Below, piece by piece: positions 1 to 12,639 of a stretch of 64,000 nt of DNA. The notes under the pieces are model-generated. The model was given only the letters and a program-made list of their open reading frames with translations, did not search any database and was not told where the DNA came from. How positions within the stretch are numbered: position 1 is the stretch's first letter; every line of letters begins with the position of its first letter. A program made the translations under genes and the position numbers. The DNA is from Lophium mytilinum (lineage: Eukaryota). The stretch lies in assembly GCA_010093605.1 (NCBI GenBank), contig MU004181.1, forward strand, positions 1,302,001 through 1,366,000. The letters are read 5' to 3'.

Positions 1-45
1 AGTTAGTGAGTTGAAACTATCAGCCTTCCGAAGATCGAAACTTAC

Positions 46-903
46 CATGAAGTTGAATCCAGCCATCAGTAAGACCATGTAGATCAGTATGAGCCAGTGC
101 TTCTTCAGGGCGACTTTGCCTTCGGCAATGAAGGTGTGCGCGACGTTGTGGCCTGCTTTTCGGACCCTTTCACGCTCTTGGAAGGCCTGTGTCTCGGGAA
201 GCAAGAGACGGAAGATGATGAGCAGAACTGGAGGTCCCGCACCGAACCAGAACAGCGGGCGCCATTCGTGGCCGACGGTGTCCACGAAGGCTCTCGAGAA
301 AACAGTCGCGAGCAAATATCCAAACGCGTAGCCCTGTTGCAGCATACCGGAGATGATACCTCGAGCAGCCGGCGGGCAATCTTCTAGGGCCGTAGCAGCA
401 ACGTTCCCGTACAGTCCACCCATGGCAATCCCAAAGAGCGCGCGCACGCCCAAGAATTGGTGGTAGGTGTTGCAGAATCCGGTACTCATCTCCAGGATAA
501 TGAAAAGGACATTGTTGACAATGAAGGGCCACTTGCGTCCAAATCGATCAGCGGCAATTCCGAAGGTGATAGCACCGACGGATCGCAGCATCAGTACGAG
601 GGTGATGCCCCACGTGATGTCCTTTTTGCTGACATCAAAGGTCTCGGCGAGGTTTTCGACGGTCAAAGAGACAGTGAAGAAATCGAAGGCGTCCCAGGAC
701 CATGCAAAGAAAGAGATCAGGAAAAACATCCATTGCTGCTTGTTGAGAAGGGCGAGCAGCTTGAAGGGATTCTCAGCCTTGTCGAGGGTGGGCATGAGGG
801 TGGAAAAGCGGGTGGCTGCATAGCGGCCGGCGCTCATTTTCGGGGTTTCAGGTTCACCGGAGCCCAGATGGGCATTGTACTCGGTCTCATTTTTCTCGTC
901 CAT
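46..903 (-). CDS. JEN1: JEN1-type carboxylate (lactate/pyruvate):H+ symporter, MFS; first exon only, gene runs off the left edge
   Basis: Manual translation from ATG at 903: MDEKNETEY...FFAWSWDAFDFFTVSLTV...WGITLVLMLRSVGAITFGIAADRFGRKWPF...GMLQQGYAFGYLLA...LMAGFNFM, then a GTAAG donor at 45. Missing from the ORF track because no stop codon closes the frame inside the window. Confidence 0.9.
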
Positions 904-973
904 GATGGCTGCTGTCGAAGGTCTGCTGTCGAGGCTTGGAGGTAGAGTCGGAAAATAGGTGATCCGGTCTGGA

Positions 974-981
974 TTTATATA
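974..981 (-). promoter_or_regulatory. TATA box of JEN1
   Basis: TATATAAA on the minus strand about 70 nt upstream of the ATG. Confidence 0.5.
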
Positions 982-3075
982 GGCACGCTTTGGGCGAACC
1001 ACGGTTGCCGAACAATAGTGAATGCAGTCAGAAAACACCGACGGCGTTAGGGATGTGCTCAAGCCACGGGTCGAGCGTTCTCGAGCTCTGCCGTGTCAAC
1101 GAGTATTTCCCGGGGAATTCAGGTAGCGCCACCTAGTGAGGATGCAGAAAGTCAGGCTGGCTGCACTGTTGGTGTGTCTCGCTGTCCGAGGCCGGGAGGA
1201 GTTGGCTTCTTTATGGTGCGCTGATCGTTCCATCCCTTGTGTTTGGTGGCATTCCATGGTCCATCCAAGCAGTACGATGACTGACGCCCAGCGCCGTCCC
1301 CGCCAACCCCGCAGGCGGGTGCATGCATTCACCCAATCATTCGGCCCGACCATCGCCACGGCCGGCTCGGTATGCCTAGAAACAGTTTGGTGGGCCGATA
1401 AGCGTTGCTCCACACGGGGAGCCGGTGTGGCACGCGCGCATAGAAGACTCTCCCGGGGTTCCAAGCACGGCTAAGCTGCACACCAACGGGTCAATACTTG
1501 CAGGCTCGTCTTGGCAGCCTTGCTTGATACACCAAGATATTTGAAGTGTACACTACCTACGAGATGGAGATGCTCATGAGTCAAGTCAGGATAAATCTAA
1601 TGAGTATTCAACCTCCTTTGCAGAACTGAAATGGTGCTTCACACATCGTGTTACCGTATATGATCATACGAATAAACCTGGGGATCGTGAAGGATGGAGG
1701 ATTGTGGAGAGTGGGGAGAGTGGTGTTGCGCAACATCCTTGTTCAGTCAGAAATGGCTCACTGCAGAGAGCCTACGGGGGCTAGCAAGGGACGACGATGA
1801 TCTTCTGCCGAGGTTTGCTCCAAGCGCCGTTCAACCTGCATTTCAAAGTGCTGTACTAGAGCTATTGTGGTGGCTTCATCGTCTCGACGACTGGGTGCCC
1901 AGACCCAGGACTTCAATCCTTCTGTGTGACTGGCAGCCCGCTCTCCAGCGCCATGTAACGTCGACTGCAAGGCAGGCATGCCCGGCACTTGGGTTTCATA
2001 AATTAATGCCTACGGAACGGGGATGGGTACTATCCGGGAGCGTGCTATACTAACGACCGCTTCCTCGGACGCATCCGACAGTGACGAAGACCCAAGGACC
2101 AGGAACCTGCCCGCCAGGTCCCAATTCTCGAGCGAGTTTCTGAGTGAGTAAAGGCATTGATCTTCATCGAGTACCTGACTTGGGATCGGATATCTACATG
2201 GGTGGCTGCACGTGCATGACGAATTCTGTGGGCACATGGATACTTTCATTGAGCCATCATTGGATGGAACTTATCAGATCCGAACAGCAGAGCAAAAACT
2301 CTCCCAGGTCGTAGGCTAGCAGGGTTTCTGCTCCCTTAGCTTTGTAGGATGCAGTAGCTAGCTTTGGAGTAGTACAGTACTGGTAGGCGTCTTGAATTCT
2401 GTATTCATGAACGATTAATAACAGCACTGAAAACAGTGCCTCGCCAAGGTGCATCGTTGCCACTCTCTCCACAAACGATACCCTGCCAAGGTCTATTTAT
2501 TACCAGTCCCTCCACAGCAAACGGGTTGCTAGTAGTCCTAATTAACGCACAACAGAGGGTAGGCATCGTGTAATTTTCTGGATTTAGGAAGGGAGAACCC
2601 AGAACTATCTGGTCTGATACCTACATAAACTTATTAAAGGTGGTGGCTTCCAATAATCTCGTTGCAGGATCTTGTATTGAAAAGGCAAAGACTGAGTGGT
2701 TTAGTGGAACAATTAGTTCTTCAACCTTATATTATAGAATGACTGTGTCTGTATCCGGTATCTTAAATGCAGCGAAGTGTGGTGAAAGCAGGATAATGCT
2801 ACCCCTGCAAGCAGACCTGCTAGTATGTTCAGAGCCAGGACCAACAACGAACTTCCAACAGCGAGCTATCCCTAACATAACCGCGACGACGACGCGACAC
2901 GGCCTTTATTTTTTACGAAAAGCTGCCGAAGACAACTATGCTCTGCATCCATCTTCATGTTTTTGAATTAATCATGAGTAGCCATCACTTTTCGTCGCCG
3001 CTTAGCTTTTCGTATATAGCCTGTTCTCCTTTGACCTCTAGTCCTTTACCAAGCCGGTGGTACTGTTCACTTCCC

Positions 3076-4396
3076 TTACAATATACCATCATAAACACTG
3101 CATAGTTTCCCATCCCGCCATACTCCTCTCAAGTTTAGCGTGTCTTCAATGTTCTCTAGCGGATTCCCCGCCACCAACAGTAGATCTGCTTTCAAACCCG
3201 CAGCCAATCTTCCTCGGTCGTTGAATCTAAACCTCTTCGCTGTCACTGCTGTAGCGGAGCGAAGCGCCTCTTCAGGCGACATTCCCACCTCGTTCACTAA
3301 CAAGCGGAGTTCATGGTGCATGGACAAGCCCCAGGCAGTTCCCAGGGCTGGGCCAGCTGCATCGCTCCCACTACAAGCCATTCGTTAGCATCTACTCAGC
3401 CTCCGCCATTGCACAGAGGTATGCGAGGACTTACCAGACGATATCAATCCCCGCTTTCCTCAACAGTCTAACGCTCTCATACGCATACTCTACCTTCGCA
3501 GTCGGGATCGTCATGGCCATGCACTTGCACAAATTCCCCATTTCCTTCTCACCAATCAAGTCTCTGACTCTCTCGTCGTGCGCGAACTTCTCCTGCAGCT
3601 CTTTGCCCTCAGTCGTGAGGCTTCCAATAGCTGCTAGCGTTGGATTGAGCCAAGCATTGTTCTTTTTGTACGCATCAACTAGCTCCTGGGTCGGGGGCTG
3701 GTCACAAATAGTGTGCGCGAGTCCATCCACTCCGGCTTTGAGCACATCCAGCGTATCCGTCAAGCAAGTCGCATGCGCAGTGGTCAAATAACCAAGCTTA
3801 TGCGACTCCTCAACGATGATCCGCTGCAGCTCTTTCGTCGGATGCGAAAATTCCGCCCCCATGCTCCTACCCGACTCATTCATCAGCTTCACGTAATCAT
3901 TATTCGATTTGCGCTTATTCGTCTCCAGGTACTCGATCACGTCCTCCCTGGTGCTCAGCTTCGGCCACGTCGCAATCTCCGCCGCCGTCTCTGGACTCTT
4001 GTCGTGCGCCGTAATTACAGGAATCGGCCAGCCGTTGTCGATCGTGGCCGCTTGACCCGCGGTCTTGAGTTCCGCGGTGTCTGGCTCCAGCATCTGCTGT
4101 TGCAGCTTTTGGGTGTTGGCGTACTCGTTATGCATGTCACATACGGTGGTACAGCCGAACCGGAGCGATTGGGGTAGAGCTACCGGATTGGCCTTGTCTG
4201 CGTGGATGTGAGCATCGATGAGCCCGGGGAGAAGCGTGTGTCCGGGTTTTGCGAATGTTGGGACATCGATTGCGCTGGGCAGTGATGATGTTTCTCCTAC
4301 GGACGCAATCTTTCCGTCCTGGACGTGGATGTAGCCGTGCTCTATAACGAATTCGCCAGTATATACGCGAACATCCGTAATGATGAAGTTGGACAT
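3076..4396 (-). CDS. Metal-dependent amidohydrolase (imidazolonepropionase/prolidase-like TIM barrel), 2 exons
   Basis: LLPGLIDAHIH (HxH), AHAT, GLAHT, CGSD and GRLAAGLKADLLLV motifs. Intron 3371-3434 (GTAAG...CTAAC...TAG) joins ORFs 3431-4459 and 3076-3381. Confidence 0.9.
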
Positions 4397-5144
4397 GTCT
4401 GAGTTGCTCGATCGAATGCCGGTTGCGATGTATAGGAATATTATCAGGTTGAATAACAAGACGAACGCTTCAAATCAAACTATGGATCTGCATTGAAGGG
4501 TGGATCATCAGCTTTACCTTTATAGTCAACCGCTTCCGATGTGGCTTACTAGGGCTAGACCACACTTCCGAACTCCGAAACAGGGCTGTACACATATAAT
4601 GTCTCCTTTGAAGTTCACTGCTATAGGGGCATATCAGCCAACCTGGGTAAACATCGTTCCGGCAGTTCAGCACGGCTTCTAGATCTCATGACGGTCCTCT
4701 TCAGGCTATAAGTACTGAAATATGGGCAGTCTCGAGGAATGGTGGTATCAGCCATGCAGAGAATGACTATAAGGAGCTGTTCAGCCGCATGAACCTTGTT
4801 TTGTCGGGCGAACTCCTGGAGAGCCGATCTCGGGACGTATGCGGGGACCTTAGTAGCCTAGGAGGCGTAATCTTTAAGAGCATCATTGGACACGTTTCGA
4901 AAATTTAAAATTTTACTCAATTATCGTGTCGCTGCGGTCTATCCCTTCCGCCATCGACCTAGTTTCCGGCCCTACCACATTGTCTAGATCCTGATCCACA
5001 CCTGCCGGGCTACCTGCCTTCCCAGCATCGGCATCAGTCTTTCTGCAAAGCAGTTGCCCATCCAAATGTACTGGCCCACAAGTGGCGGGCGGCCTGGCTG
5101 GCATAGTCCAATTCGAACCTGGTCTAGGGATCGCATCCCCTCCC

Positions 5145-5631
5145 TTACTTTCCTCCTATAGCCGCCTTCCTCCTCTCTTTTTCCATCTCCATCCATACTC
5201 CTACAACTCCCGCCACAGCCACAAGCCCCGTCCCCACGGCCTGCACGGCCGGAAGCATCTTATACCCCAGACTTAGCCAGTCATTTGCTTCCTCTGCGGG
5301 AACGAGGGCGAGCTCGGGTTAAATGGGTTTGGCCTCTTCATTTTGGAGTAGGTATGGTGGCGGAGGTTGTCCGCGATCTGGGGGAGGTGGAGAAGTGAGG
5401 CTCGGGGTGGGATTTGGAGGTGGTGGTGGTACGGAGACAGCGGGGGCTGGGACGGCAACTGGTGTGCGGGTGAGGATAACACGTCCGCTGCGTAGATCGA
5501 GTTCTAGGCGGGTTTCTTTGGTGGGTTTTGGGGACTGCTAGGCGTTAGATTTAATAGAGGAGGGGATGGTGGGAGAGGAGAGGGCGGACCTTTTGCGGTT
5601 TATCCTTAGGCTTGCGTTTGAAGAGGGGCAT
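5145..5631 (-). pseudogene. Small Pro-rich PPxY protein with a C-terminal hydrophobic segment, interrupted by one in-frame TAA (5319-5321); pseudogene or truncated allele
   Basis: ATG 5631, 14-codon exon, 52-nt intron 5538-5589 (GTCCGC...CTAAC...TAG), then QSPKPTKETRLELDLRSGRV...PPPPDRGQPPPPYLLQNEEAKPI*PELALVPAEEANDWLSLGYKMLPAVQAVGTGLVAVAGVVGVWMEMEKERRKAAIGGK*. Confidence 0.45.
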
Positions 5632-7667
5632 GGTGAGCTTAAATTTTCGATGGTTGAGTTAAGTTTGAAGTTAGAGCTGTATACACGCTTCAAACGTTCA
5701 GCTCCTCCCGATCGAGTTTCGGGCCTACATGAATTATAGATGGATACTGGAGTCGCATGGGAGCGGTGGGAAAAAAGGACAGCCAATTGTTGCAGCCTCA
5801 CGCCACGACAGCACATGGCAGATGGCGATTGGACAGAGCTTGGGCAGTTGAAGCTGATTCGACCAGCCTCGAAAGAAAACATTCTCTCCAGCGCCTTCTC
5901 TACACCGCTGTGAGCTCGGCATGCATAAAGAGCCTGGTATTGTGTAGCCAGCTAGTCCGTGCGGAGGAAAAATACGCCTCCTTCGTATACGGAAGCTGCT
6001 GAGTAATCGGCTTCAGCGGAAGGGGCTAACGCCGCGATCGTTCTCTGAAGGAAAGGGGAAATATTCGAGCTTGTGAGAACTCAGGGATTAAAGCCGAGTC
6101 TCATGCTGCCCAACTATTTAAACTGTTGATACATTCTCGGTGTTCTTCGATCCTGTAGACGTATTTCACGGCACTCGCTTTTCCCGCCTTTAGTCTCAAC
6201 CCACTCAAGACTCTATTCAATCCACCTGGAGTTATTTTATACGGATGTGCCTTTAATTTGCCGTCTCCCAAGAGCTGTCCTAGATAGCGCGACTAGAGAA
6301 AGCTCAAGTCCTTGTATATCGAAAACCCTGGGCACAGCGCTATTAATAGCTATTACACCACTTAGGTACTTGCAGTTACCTTTATCCGATCACTCCGCTT
6401 GTGTTGCGATTCCGCTTTAAGGCGTGGTCTGAGCGGAGGTACCATTGTGTAAGTCGTTCCCCACAGACATCCGTCTTCGAGTGATCCAATCACGACCCGG
6501 GATGCAACAGGAATCCATGCACTCATATCGACGAGGCTGTTCATTCATGCAATTGGTGGGTATTCGCGAGTTGAGGTTCTCGATGAGACTGACGATCTGC
6601 TATGGTCTTTGACTAGAAGAATCAGTGTACGAGAATCTTCACATTGCATTTCCAGCAACCTTCAGTCTTGGGCGCCTGCGACGTGATTCAATGACGCCCG
6701 GGTGTGGTAGCACGTAGGTCTCTTTTATCTGCTTCGTTTCGCAGAGCCTCTCGGGTCACATTGACTTATCTCAACTCACCTTTCTAATCGCCTCCCTCAC
6801 TCCATATTACTTTCCATTGTTCTCTTCGACGAAAGGTGCTCACTTTTCACCGTACACTTTCAACTGAATGAGCAGCACCGCTCGTGAAGATGTAGAACTG
6901 GCATCGAAATTCAGCCACGGTGACACGGATCTGATTGTTTTGTCTCGTGGTACGCGAGCAAGTCATGTCTGGACCCGACTGGGTGGGACTGGGTCAATAA
7001 TAATGAGCCCATTATACGTCGTACCATAGAGTCTATCATACTTCTGGTGTTTACGCCTCTAAGATACTATTGAGCCGGTCAGATCGCCAATTTTCATACT
7101 TGTAAAGTCCAGGTAGCTTACCCGACTATTCTGATTCGATTCAAAAGATTTCGACGTCGCTCTCCCTTTCGGAATAAGGAGGCCTCTTACTGGCGTGTTT
7201 GGAACCAAGATCTCCAAGTTGAAGCTAGTCAAGCCCGAGCTATGGAGCACTCTCCAGTCCACAACTACTTCACCTTTCAGTGCGTCGCCAGCAACCCAAG
7301 GAGGTGATATCTATTAGGTAAAAGTAGCGCAAAATCAGCGGTGATGCAGCGTGTATGGACCCGACTCCACCACCACTAAATCGAAAACCGAGCATGTCCG
7401 ATATAGCCTCGAGCATACGCCTCCTTGTGGCTGCTGTCTAGAGCGAACGCCAATGCCATCTCCTCCTCACATCGAACTTCATGAACCCGATGGCTTGCTC
7501 GGTGAGTCCGACGTCACATTGCTTTTCTCCTTTGAGAAATCGAGTTCTCTCTCGCGCTCGCATATAAAGTCCCCCATTTTCTCTTCTCAAGATCGCAATC
7601 AAACCTTACATCTCCTGCAAGACTAAATCAACTGAATCCTGAACCAACTCTACGCGTAACGGTCAAG

Positions 7668-8281
7668 ATGGTGAAAGTATGTGACCACTATAGGAGCATT
7701 ACTGCATACCACTCAGTAGCACTCACCCTTCGTAGTTTACATCTCTCATCCCCGCGATTGCCCTCTTCATGTCAACTCTCAGTCAAGGCAGAGTGATGCC
7801 GGACACGGAATCCCTTCACAAGCGCGACCCTTCGCCCGATGGCGCTCTCGGCGTTGAAGCCAGGGCCGCTCCGCCCTTCGAAGTTGTCAGTAAACCCCAC
7901 ATCCAGCACCCATCGTTCTCAGACCCTGCCTCTAGCTAACAACACCTCATCCAGGTCTACTTCCAAGCCCCCCTCTGCGCTGGAGCCAACGCCGATCTCG
8001 CCGCCGAAACCGACGTGCAGCCGGGAACATGCGTGGACTCTGTCTTCCCGGATCCCGTCACCGGGAACAACTTCGCAGCGCCCTTCGAGAGCTATATCCT
8101 GGCAGGCGGTAAAGACGGGCAGAACTGCCCGCTGCAGACTTGGTCGCAGCCCGACTGCAAGGGCACGCTGGTCACCGGCAGTGCTCTGAAGGGCCAGTGT
8201 GAGGCGACGGTCAAGCTCGCTCCTCTGAATCTGGTTGCCCAGTCGTTCAGGGTTTGTTGCCAGGGCACGGCGGGGTGCTGA
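7668..8281 (+). CDS. Small secreted cysteine-rich protein (8 Cys), effector-like, 3 exons
   Basis: TATAAA at 7563. MVK|FTSLIPAIALFMSTLSQGRVMPDTESLHKRDPSPDGALGVEARAAPPFEV|VYFQAPLCAG...CPLQTWSQPDCKG...SFRVCCQGTAGC*. Signal peptide, KR pro-site and two GT-AG introns. Confidence 0.8.
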
Positions 8282-8998
8282 GTGCGCTGTTCTCTATGTC
8301 ACGGACTTAACGGTATACTGTCGTTTCCGCGAAACCGAGGGGAGAAGGGGTTTGGATTGGATGGGCCTGCTTTTTTTGCAACATACATTCACTTTGTAGC
8401 TACTGCTTTTATACAGTCCTTTCCTCAATGTGATTGGCTAACCGGTAAACCAACCATCCTTGACACGTCCTGTACTTGTGCCTTTCTCCTGCTGCCAAGC
8501 AAATGAGACCCCGATACTGAGACAAATGCCACAATCGAGGTTGGATAATCGGATACTGGAACCCCATCCAGGCGGAGAGCTTGCACGAGCCCAAGCTTAC
8601 CCGGTGGCGTATGCATGCAACACACCATGAACCCGGGGACCAGGGTCGGCGTTCTCAAACATGGCGGGGCTAAATCTATGTTCCATTTGACGTAGTAGTG
8701 GCTTGCTCATGAATGCCTAAGAGACATGGTGATTCAAGCACGACGGACTAGCCTTTCAGAGATAGAGCTCTACCACCGCCACGGTTACTCTTCTTACATT
8801 CTGAATATTGTACTCCGCAACGATGAGTGAGGAACAGTTGACGTACGGGACAGGTCTACTCTTGGTACTACCATTGCTAAGGTCCTGAAACGAGCAATGA
8901 TACTAGCTCTTTTTCATTACTCCAACTCCCCCCAATCCAGCCCCTGCCAGATGCTCAGTCTCACAGACAGACCTGCAAACTATGCCTCATTCCCAACC

Positions 8999-9838
8999 TT
9001 AAACCATCCCGGCAACTACCGCACCCACCATCGCCAACACCCCAAACACCGTTCCCTCTACATTCGCGGCCGCCCCAGTAGACGTTGGGGATGCAGCCGC
9101 CGCCGTCCCGCTCGACGCAACCGCTGCCGAAGTCACCGACGCAGCCGACGACTTCGCAGATGCCGCAGACGACTTCGCAGACGCACTTGCGGCTGAAGCC
9201 GACGAGCTAGCCGCCGACGACGCGCTCGCAGCCGCCGACGACGAGCTCGCCGACGCCTCGCTTTCCGGCTTCGTGACGCCGCCTGCAATAGCCTTGGGCG
9301 TCGTGCTGTCGCTCGCCTGGGCGGCAGCCGAGGCGTATGCTGCGAGGGTATCGCCGGACGAACTGCTAAATGGTTAGCTTGCGGATTCTCCAATAACAAA
9401 TCTCTCATTATTTCTAGATATAGCTAACATATGTGAGGTGGTTGATGGGGTAAGTAGAGGAGAAGTGGGAAATGCGGCTTACGGCACGTTAACACCCCCA
9501 ACCATGCCGCTCTGGCAATGCTCCGGCACGGAGCAGTAGAAGTAGATGGGCTTCGTGTCGTTAACGGTCACGATGAACACGTCTTTTCCGGATGGCGCGA
9601 GCGCCTCGCCGCCGCTGTAGAAGCCGCCGCTCTTGTAGTCACATGGCTTCCCGAACTCGCTTTCGGTGATGTCGTGAGCAGACGGGTTAAAGTGGAAGGT
9701 GAGGGTGTCGCCGGTAGCGGCGGTCGTAGTATTCGGCGTGAAGACTAGGGCTGGGCCGACGGTGATGACGTGGTTTGCGGCGAGCGTGGTGGAGAGTAAG
9801 GAGAGGAGAGAGAGGGAGACGGGCTGAGAGAGATGCAT
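8999..9838 (-). CDS. GPI-anchored extracellular cupredoxin-domain protein with Ser/Ala-rich stalk, 2 exons
   Basis: Signal peptide; HVITVG..LVFTPN..AATGDTLTFHF..AHDITES...YFYCSVPEHCQSGMVG. Intron about 9364-9482. Exon 2 is Ser/Ala-rich and ends TSTGAANVEGTVFGVLAMVGAVVAGMV* (GPI-signal-like). Confidence 0.85.
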
Positions 9839-10464
9839 GATGGAGAGGCGACTTGGGGGGAAGTTGAACTAGAGTTGAGGAGAATTGACTAGATGGAGGA
9901 TGGAATGTAGAGATGGACGGGAAATAAACATTCCCCAGGACAACAATATATATAAGCATGCGGGGGGCCTGGCTACCAGGTACAAGGGTAGCACAAGAGG
10001 TACCCGTGTGTCGTGGCTTGCAGGCCTGCCCTACTTCGTACTCGTGACGAGTAGCCTTCAAGGTCGTCAGCCTCAGGGGCTGCAATGGGCGCAGCCGCTT
10101 GGGTCTGATTGGCTACAGCATTCCACCGCAATTCGCTCGGATTTCTCGGTGGTGCTTTAATTCATAACCTGCATCGAGCTGGAAATGGAGTCTTTGCGGA
10201 TGAGGTGCTCAAATGAAGCCAATTAGAGGTAGTGTTCGTGTGTTCTTTAATTATCGTGTCCGCCGTTATCCCTCTACGCTAATGACACCGAAACGCCGTA
10301 CACCCCGAGATTTCCTCCATATCATACACTATAACCGAACAGAAAAATCGTCTAGGTATTCTAGCCCATAGAAAAACTCATGCGGAACAACTCAAGCTAA
10401 CGACCTCGTCCTGGTCGTTCTCGCAAACTGTACACGTAACCTCCGTCTCACCTCATCCACCTGG

Positions 10465-12639
10465 TCATCGAGCTTCAGGGAACTTAATACCTGGAACGGT
10501 TTGGTCGAATGCATTGTAATCCAGCATCTCGTATCCTGGATTCGCGAGGTAATCTCCTGGATTGACATCCTGATACATATTCCCGGCGTGCATAGGACCT
10601 TGACCAGCTATCTGAAAGTTGAAGTTATTCAGTGCCGAATTATCGAGCACAAACGACAAGTCGCTGAACTCGCCCCCAAGGTTTTCGTAATAAGGGTTTA
10701 CCATATATGGATTATCAGCGACCCCTGCGAGCGATGTAGATCCAGACATAGTCGCGTTCGTCGCACTTCCCATGAATGCCTTGGGAATTTGAGGCTGCTG
10801 CTTGCCCTCCTTGTATGCTCGCGCCTTGGCCATCAGTACGGAAAGAATCTCCCCGTTCTTCGAGATCTTGATATCCCCAGACCACCTCGTGAACCCGGCC
10901 TCAGCGACCGTCCACGCTCGATCCATGATCTCGGAACTTGGGAGCTGACATGATTCTGTGAGAATGAAAGCCAAGGGCAGAAAGTGAATGTACGCATCAA
11001 GAAGCCACGACCATTGTCTGGCCTTGGCATCTTCTTTCAGCAATTTTGGAATGTCAACGATGTCGCTGGCCATCTGCACTAGTCGAATGTGAGTACCCTC
11101 GGTTTGCGGCGAGGGCTTCAAGGACCCGTAGAGCTTGAACCACAGCTCAGCGACCAAGACACGAGCAACGTGTCGGGCAAGCCAATGAATGGGTTCTGAA
11201 CCAACGCAGTATCGTATAAATGTCGATTGTATGGTTCTATGGCATGTCTTTATCGTGCTTTCTTTGGCTGGGAGTAATGACGGCTCGTTGTCGTGTAAAC
11301 CATGATAGTGCGGGAATAGTCCTCCAATCTGCTCACTCGCTTTCGCTATTTCGAAGCGCATGAGACAAAAGCTCATTTCGGTCCATTCGACTCGAGGTAC
11401 GGGTAGTAGGTCTGTATCGGGGATCAGATCACGGTCGTTGATGTTGAGAGGAAGGCTCGGGCAGAAGTCTATCTCCATCGAAGGAGTCAGTCCGTGGTCT
11501 TCCGCGGCCCTCTGATCAAGATACCAAAGCTGCCACCAAAGTCGCTTCTCCATTTCGGAGTCGAATGCCGAGTAACTTCCAAGCTGAAGAGACGAACTGA
11601 TACATTTTGCTAGAGCACATATCGCCCAAGTCAATTTCGTTGAGTCCATGAATCGATTGAATGACAAATATAGAACGAACGCTTGGAGCATGGCGAGCTC
11701 TTCTATAGTTGATGGATCGGACTCCAAGAGGGCTTGCTCAACGGCGCAGCGGCGTGTTATCAAAGCGGCATTCTTTGGCATTTTGAAGCAGCCTTCGACT
11801 TCGCTGTCTGACATAGTTATGGCAGCTGTGAAACAGATAGTAAGGAGCAACGCATCTTCTCCTTTGGTAAGGGCTTCCTCGTTGTAAGTTCTCCGGAGTA
11901 TTATTGCTTCCAGTGAAGGTTTGTGGACAATTTTCACAAGCGGATCCACCTTATCCAAGAAAGCTTGGAAGCAGTATTGAGCCTGAGACGGTGTCGGACG
12001 GACAGCGGCTAGATCCATGAACGGGTTTCCAAGGGATTGCTTAGGGAACGTAGATTGAATAGTCGAACTTGTTGAATAGCCGCTAGAATTGTTGGATGCG
12101 GGCGTCCTCATGCCATTCTCAGTGCTCTCATACTTGTCTGTGTTTACGGACAGATTTCGTGAAGACCCTCTCGACGCCTGCATACCAGAGCCGGTACTAG
12201 AATGGTTGGATGAAGGTGTCTTCACACCACTGTCGTAGCCATCGCCGGCACTAGGACTCTGACTCTGGGCTGGATTTGCCTGAGCCGCCAGCAGTGCCTG
12301 GAACCCCCGGCGCTCACTCTCAATCAGCTTCGTCAGATCTTGGACTACAGTCTCCAGCTTCCTCATCCTCGCGTTGAGCGACTCCGGAGACTCCGTCACG
12401 TGATCGCCTTGCTCCGCCTTCGTATTCGAGGAGTTCCGGGGTCTTCGGCGACACTTGCGTACCGGTGACGGGTAGGTGCATTCGATTTTCCATTCTGTGC
12501 AGTTCTTGCAAGGGGATTCTTTGTTGCATTTGACTTTGCGCGTCTTGCAACCTATGCACGCTTTCCGGCGCAACGGGGCGTCTGGCGAAGGCTGGCCTGA
12601 CGAGAAGTCATCGGTCGGGGACAACAGCTGCATCGACAT
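10465..12639 (-). CDS. Zn(II)2Cys6 transcription factor with fungal-specific TF (middle homology) domain
   Basis: ACIGCKTRKVKCNKESPCKNCTEWKIECTY binuclear cluster; EMEKRLWWQLWYLD and LPLNINDRDL motifs; intronless 724-aa ORF. Confidence 0.93.
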   Translation of the reverse strand: MSMQLLSPTDDFSSGQPSPDAPLRRKACIGCKTRKVKCNKESPCKNCTEWKIECTYPSPVRKCRRRPRNSSNTKAEQGDHVTESPESLNARMRKLETVVQDLTKLIESERRGFQALLAAQANPAQSQSPSAGDGYDSGVKTPSSNHSSTGSGMQASRGSSRNLSVNTDKYESTENGMRTPASNNSSGYSTSSTIQSTFPKQSLGNPFMDLAAVRPTPSQAQYCFQAFLDKVDPLVKIVHKPSLEAIILRRTYNEEALTKGEDALLLTICFTAAITMSDSEVEGCFKMPKNAALITRRCAVEQALLESDPSTIEELAMLQAFVLYLSFNRFMDSTKLTWAICALAKCISSSLQLGSYSAFDSEMEKRLWWQLWYLDQRAAEDHGLTPSMEIDFCPSLPLNINDRDLIPDTDLLPVPRVEWTEMSFCLMRFEIAKASEQIGGLFPHYHGLHDNEPSLLPAKESTIKTCHRTIQSTFIRYCVGSEPIHWLARHVARVLVAELWFKLYGSLKPSPQTEGTHIRLVQMASDIVDIPKLLKEDAKARQWSWLLDAYIHFLPLAFILTESCQLPSSEIMDRAWTVAEAGFTRWSGDIKISKNGEILSVLMAKARAYKEGKQQPQIPKAFMGSATNATMSGSTSLAGVADNPYMVNPYYENLGGEFSDLSFVLDNSALNNFNFQIAGQGPMHAGNMYQDVNPGDYLANPGYEMLDYNAFDQTVPGIKFPEAR

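Noticed and set aside
457..945. Plus-strand ORFs at 89-945
   Set aside because: Antisense shadows of the JEN1 exon.
6868..7030. Short ORF MSSTAREDVELASKFSHGDTDLIVLS, faintly like a BTB-domain start
   Set aside because: Too short, and I could not build a continuing spliced frame.
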